Shown here in pieces: positions 23,999 through 26,226 of a DNA stretch of 26,226 bases (position 1 is its first letter; each line of letters begins with the position of its first letter). The notes below the pieces were generated by a model. The model was not told the origin of the DNA. It saw nothing but the letters and a program-made list of their open reading frames with translations, and ran no database searches. Source of the stretch: a virus (Duplodnaviria; Caudoviricetes). The DNA lies in IMG/VR virus record IMGVR_UViG_3300023076_000008, positions 1 to 26,226 of that record; one strand, 5' to 3'. The position numbers and the translations under genes were made by a program.

Positions 23999-24475
23999 CT
24001 AGGCGGGACCAGGCCACGTGCTACGGGCAACCTTCGCCTGGACTGCGTTCGTCAGCCTCCGGAGCGCCTCCACTGCATGGTCACGCTCACCGACCAGCAC
24101 GCGGCACTGGTCCTCCAGGTCGGCGACGTCGACCCGGATGTGCTGGACCGTGAACAGCCAGTCCTCCACGTCGTGCCCCTCCAGGTGGGCGCGCACCTCG
24201 CGCTCGACCTCCACGTTCTGGACACCCGTGTAGACCGCGGTGTGCCGGCCGGACGCGTCGAGCGCCGAGGTCACCGTGATCTCGGGTACGTCCCAGGCCA
24301 CGTCGCACGACTCGACCGGGCACGCGTAGTGGCCACCAGGACTGAACGCCCCGGCGAGGTGCGCCACGTGCTGATCGATCGCCCTCGTCGACGGGGGCAT
24401 GGCCGGTTGCGACGGCGACACCGGCGCAACCGGGATCGAGAACTCCGGGTGCACGCTCCAGCCGCGGCCCCTCAT
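23999..24475 (-). CDS. Hypothetical protein (CxxxxC...HxxxH, coiled coil), possibly truncated by an amber codon
   Basis: YACPVESC...RAHLEGHDVEDW; ATGA overlap at the start; frame stays open past the TAG to 23894. Confidence 0.65.
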   Translation of the reverse strand: MRGRGWSVHPEFSIPVAPVSPSQPAMPPSTRAIDQHVAHLAGAFSPGGHYACPVESCDVAWDVPEITVTSALDASGRHTAVYTGVQNVEVEREVRAHLEGHDVEDWLFTVQHIRVDVADLEDQCRVLVGERDHAVEALRRLTNAVQAKVARSTWPGPA

Positions 24476-24546
24476 GACCCGCCCTGTCCGGCGCCGCACA
24501 CGGTGCAGATGCCGCGGTCACGGCACACCAAGCAGATGTAGTTCAT
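24472..24546 (-). CDS. 24-aa CxxC-x5-CxxC microprotein (not in the ORF track)
   Basis: MNYICLVCRDRGICTVCGAGQGGS; ATGA overlaps at both ends. Confidence 0.6.
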   Translation of the reverse strand: MNYICLVCRDRGICTVCGAGQGGS

Positions 24547-25340
24547 GATCCTGCCCTGTTCGCCGGGTGCGCCACATACAGCAGGTCGGACAGCTCGCCG
24601 CGCTTGCTCGGGACGTTGAAGCGCAGGCGCACGGTCAGCTCCTCGCGGTCGGCGAGCGTGTGCAGCGTGAGGAGTTCCCGCGGACCGTTCGTCACCTCTT
24701 CCGCCAGCGCCTCCAGATAGTCGGACGCGTCGCCCGGCTGGTGATGGAAGCGCCGGCGCTCGCCGTCGACGGGCACCGGACGATCGACCAGCGCGTACGG
24801 GATCGGCGTGCCGTCCTCCTCCCGCGGCTCCAGCGGCGTCACGCGCAGCCCGGTCGCCTCGCCAATCACCTTGCCCGCGCCGTCGGTGACCGTGCCGGTC
24901 GGCGGCACCCAGTGAACGAACTTCTCGTCGAACCGACCGGTCACGTGCATCCCGTCGAACAGCACCGGCACCATCACCGGCTGGTCAACCACCTCGCCCA
25001 GGTGGTCGCCAACCCGGACGCGCAGGCCCGGCTGAAGCTTGAACGCGCGCTGCGCCGACCGGTGGTTCTCGATGCGCAGGCGCCGGATTTCCTCGTTCGC
25101 CGCGCCGAGCGCGGAGGTCAGCTGCGTGTTTTCCTCGCGCAGCTCCTCCAGCGTGGTCGCGTCCTCTTCGGTCTGGGTGACCAGCGCGTTGAACTGGCCG
25201 AGTCGACGCCCGTGGAACTCGCGGGCAATGCGCGCCAGGGAGATCGTCTGCTCCGCCGCCTCCCTGGCGTTCTGGGCGCAGTCCAGGATGGGGAGCAGCT
25301 GGCCATCCTGGACTGCACGCTTCGCGTCTTCGAACTTCAC
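24543..25340 (-). CDS. Hypothetical protein, coiled coil plus beta-rich segment
   Basis: GTG25340 after AAGGGA; LEELREENTQL...; LQPGLRVRVGDHLGEVV. Confidence 0.7.
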   Translation of the reverse strand: MKFEDAKRAVQDGQLLPILDCAQNAREAAEQTISLARIAREFHGRRLGQFNALVTQTEEDATTLEELREENTQLTSALGAANEEIRRLRIENHRSAQRAFKLQPGLRVRVGDHLGEVVDQPVMVPVLFDGMHVTGRFDEKFVHWVPPTGTVTDGAGKVIGEATGLRVTPLEPREEDGTPIPYALVDRPVPVDGERRRFHHQPGDASDYLEALAEEVTNGPRELLTLHTLADREELTVRLRFNVPSKRGELSDLLYVAHPANRAGS

Positions 25341-25397
25341 TGGATCACGGTCCCTTGCTGGTGTTCCGGGTGGTGGCACGTGCCGGCCAAGCAGGCT

Positions 25398-25865
25398 TCA
25401 GGAGTCATCGTCTCCGTTGCCCTGCGCCTCCTCCTCCGCTTCAACCAGGCGCTCCAGTTCCTCGCGCGCGTCCCTCACATCGTCGTCTTCCCGCTTCGGT
25501 CGCGGCATGGTCGTCTCCCCTTCGGTCATGATCCTGCGGACGATTTCGTAGATCCAGTCGGGCCAGCCTGCCCCGCCGAGCGTGGTCGGCAACTGGAGCG
25601 TGGCCTCCGTGCAGCCCGGCTGGCGCGCGGCGTCACGGGCCGAGAACGGTCCGGTCACGCGGGCGGAGATCAGCGTGGTGCCGCGACCCGTCGAGCGGCC
25701 CACAACCACGCGGATCCGGGACGGCCGAAACATGCGGCTGTCAAACGCGTCACCCGTGCGCAGTTCGGGGTAGCCCTTCAGCTTCAGCGTGACGGTATCG
25801 ACTGTGCTGCGCGAGGCCTCTTCGCAGGTACGCGGGCCGTTGACGGCCGGAACGTGAGGTGGCAT
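25398..25865 (-). CDS. Hypothetical protein
   Basis: ATG25865 with SD GAGGA, downstream of promoter copy 11. Confidence 0.65.
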   Translation of the reverse strand: MPPHVPAVNGPRTCEEASRSTVDTVTLKLKGYPELRTGDAFDSRMFRPSRIRVVVGRSTGRGTTLISARVTGPFSARDAARQPGCTEATLQLPTTLGGAGWPDWIYEIVRRIMTEGETTMPRPKREDDDVRDAREELERLVEAEEEAQGNGDDDS

Positions 25866-25898
25866 CGGGTCCTCTTCGGGTTCGGGTTCCGAGCCGTA

Positions 25899-25928
25899 AG
25901 CGTACCCCACATCGTGGGGGGTTGTCGA
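25899..25928 (-). promoter_or_regulatory. Repeat promoter copy 11 (diverged): TCGACA-18-TACGCT
   Basis: CCCCAC-atc-GTGGGG dyad in the spacer; GGGGTACGCT core; GGAAC leader. Confidence 0.6.
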
Positions 25929-25980
25929 GCCGGGCAGAGGCCCCTGCTGGAGCCCCTGCCGCGCCAGGTACAGCGCCAGG

Positions 25981-26226
25981 TCAGGACTCACGGGCGACCG
26001 CCCGCGCGTACGTGAGCGCCCCGTTCGCCGCCAGCTCGACGCCGTCGACGAGCAGTGCCGCCTGGTTGAACCGCTTCCGGTTCAGCTGCACCTGGGCACC
26101 GGACGCTGCGCGCGTCAGCGCCTCGTCCACCACCTTCGCCGAGAACCCGTAGCCGAGCAGCCGCGCACGGAACAGCGCGCGACCCACCCGCGGTTCGGCC
26201 TCAGCGGACGCCTGCCGCTCGACCAA
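25981..26226 (-). CDS. Hypothetical protein, 3' end only (5' end beyond the window)
   Basis: Open frame from the window edge to TGA at 25981; high GC3. Confidence 0.55.
   Translation of the reverse strand: MVERQASAEAEPRVGRALFRARLLGYGFSAKVVDEALTRAASGAQVQLNRKRFNQAALLVDGVELAANGALTYARAVARES

Noticed and set aside
1-26226. tRNA, rRNA, IS element, integrase or lysis genes
   Set aside because: No cloverleaf, transposase, recombinase or endolysin motifs were recognised by eye; tRNAscan-SE and HMM searches would be needed to exclude them.

Overview
High-GC actinobacterial siphophage or prophage DNA, almost all coded on the minus strand. Left part (1-16.6 kb), read right to left: a virion morphogenesis module resembling the mycobacteriophage cluster-B/Rosebush type. 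It has a DUF1360 membrane protein, a portal-MuF fusion, a maturation protease with an internal 2H-phosphoesterase domain, hexamer-like and pentamer-like capsid proteins, a major tail protein, a DUF4082/head-tail adaptor fusion, neck proteins, a tail assembly chaperone pair and the start of the tape measure gene. Five accessory genes sit between protease and capsid, and no terminase is recognisable in the window. Right part (16.7-26.2 kb): about 25 small accessory genes, including a short C5 DNA methyltransferase-like gene, a PnuC-like membrane protein and Zn-finger or Cys-rich microproteins. Many are preceded by a repeated promoter/operator/leader unit (11 copies in the window), some with co-varying inverted repeats. 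Start codons were re-picked by hand from SD sites and gene overlaps. Family calls are from motif recognition by eye, not database searches.
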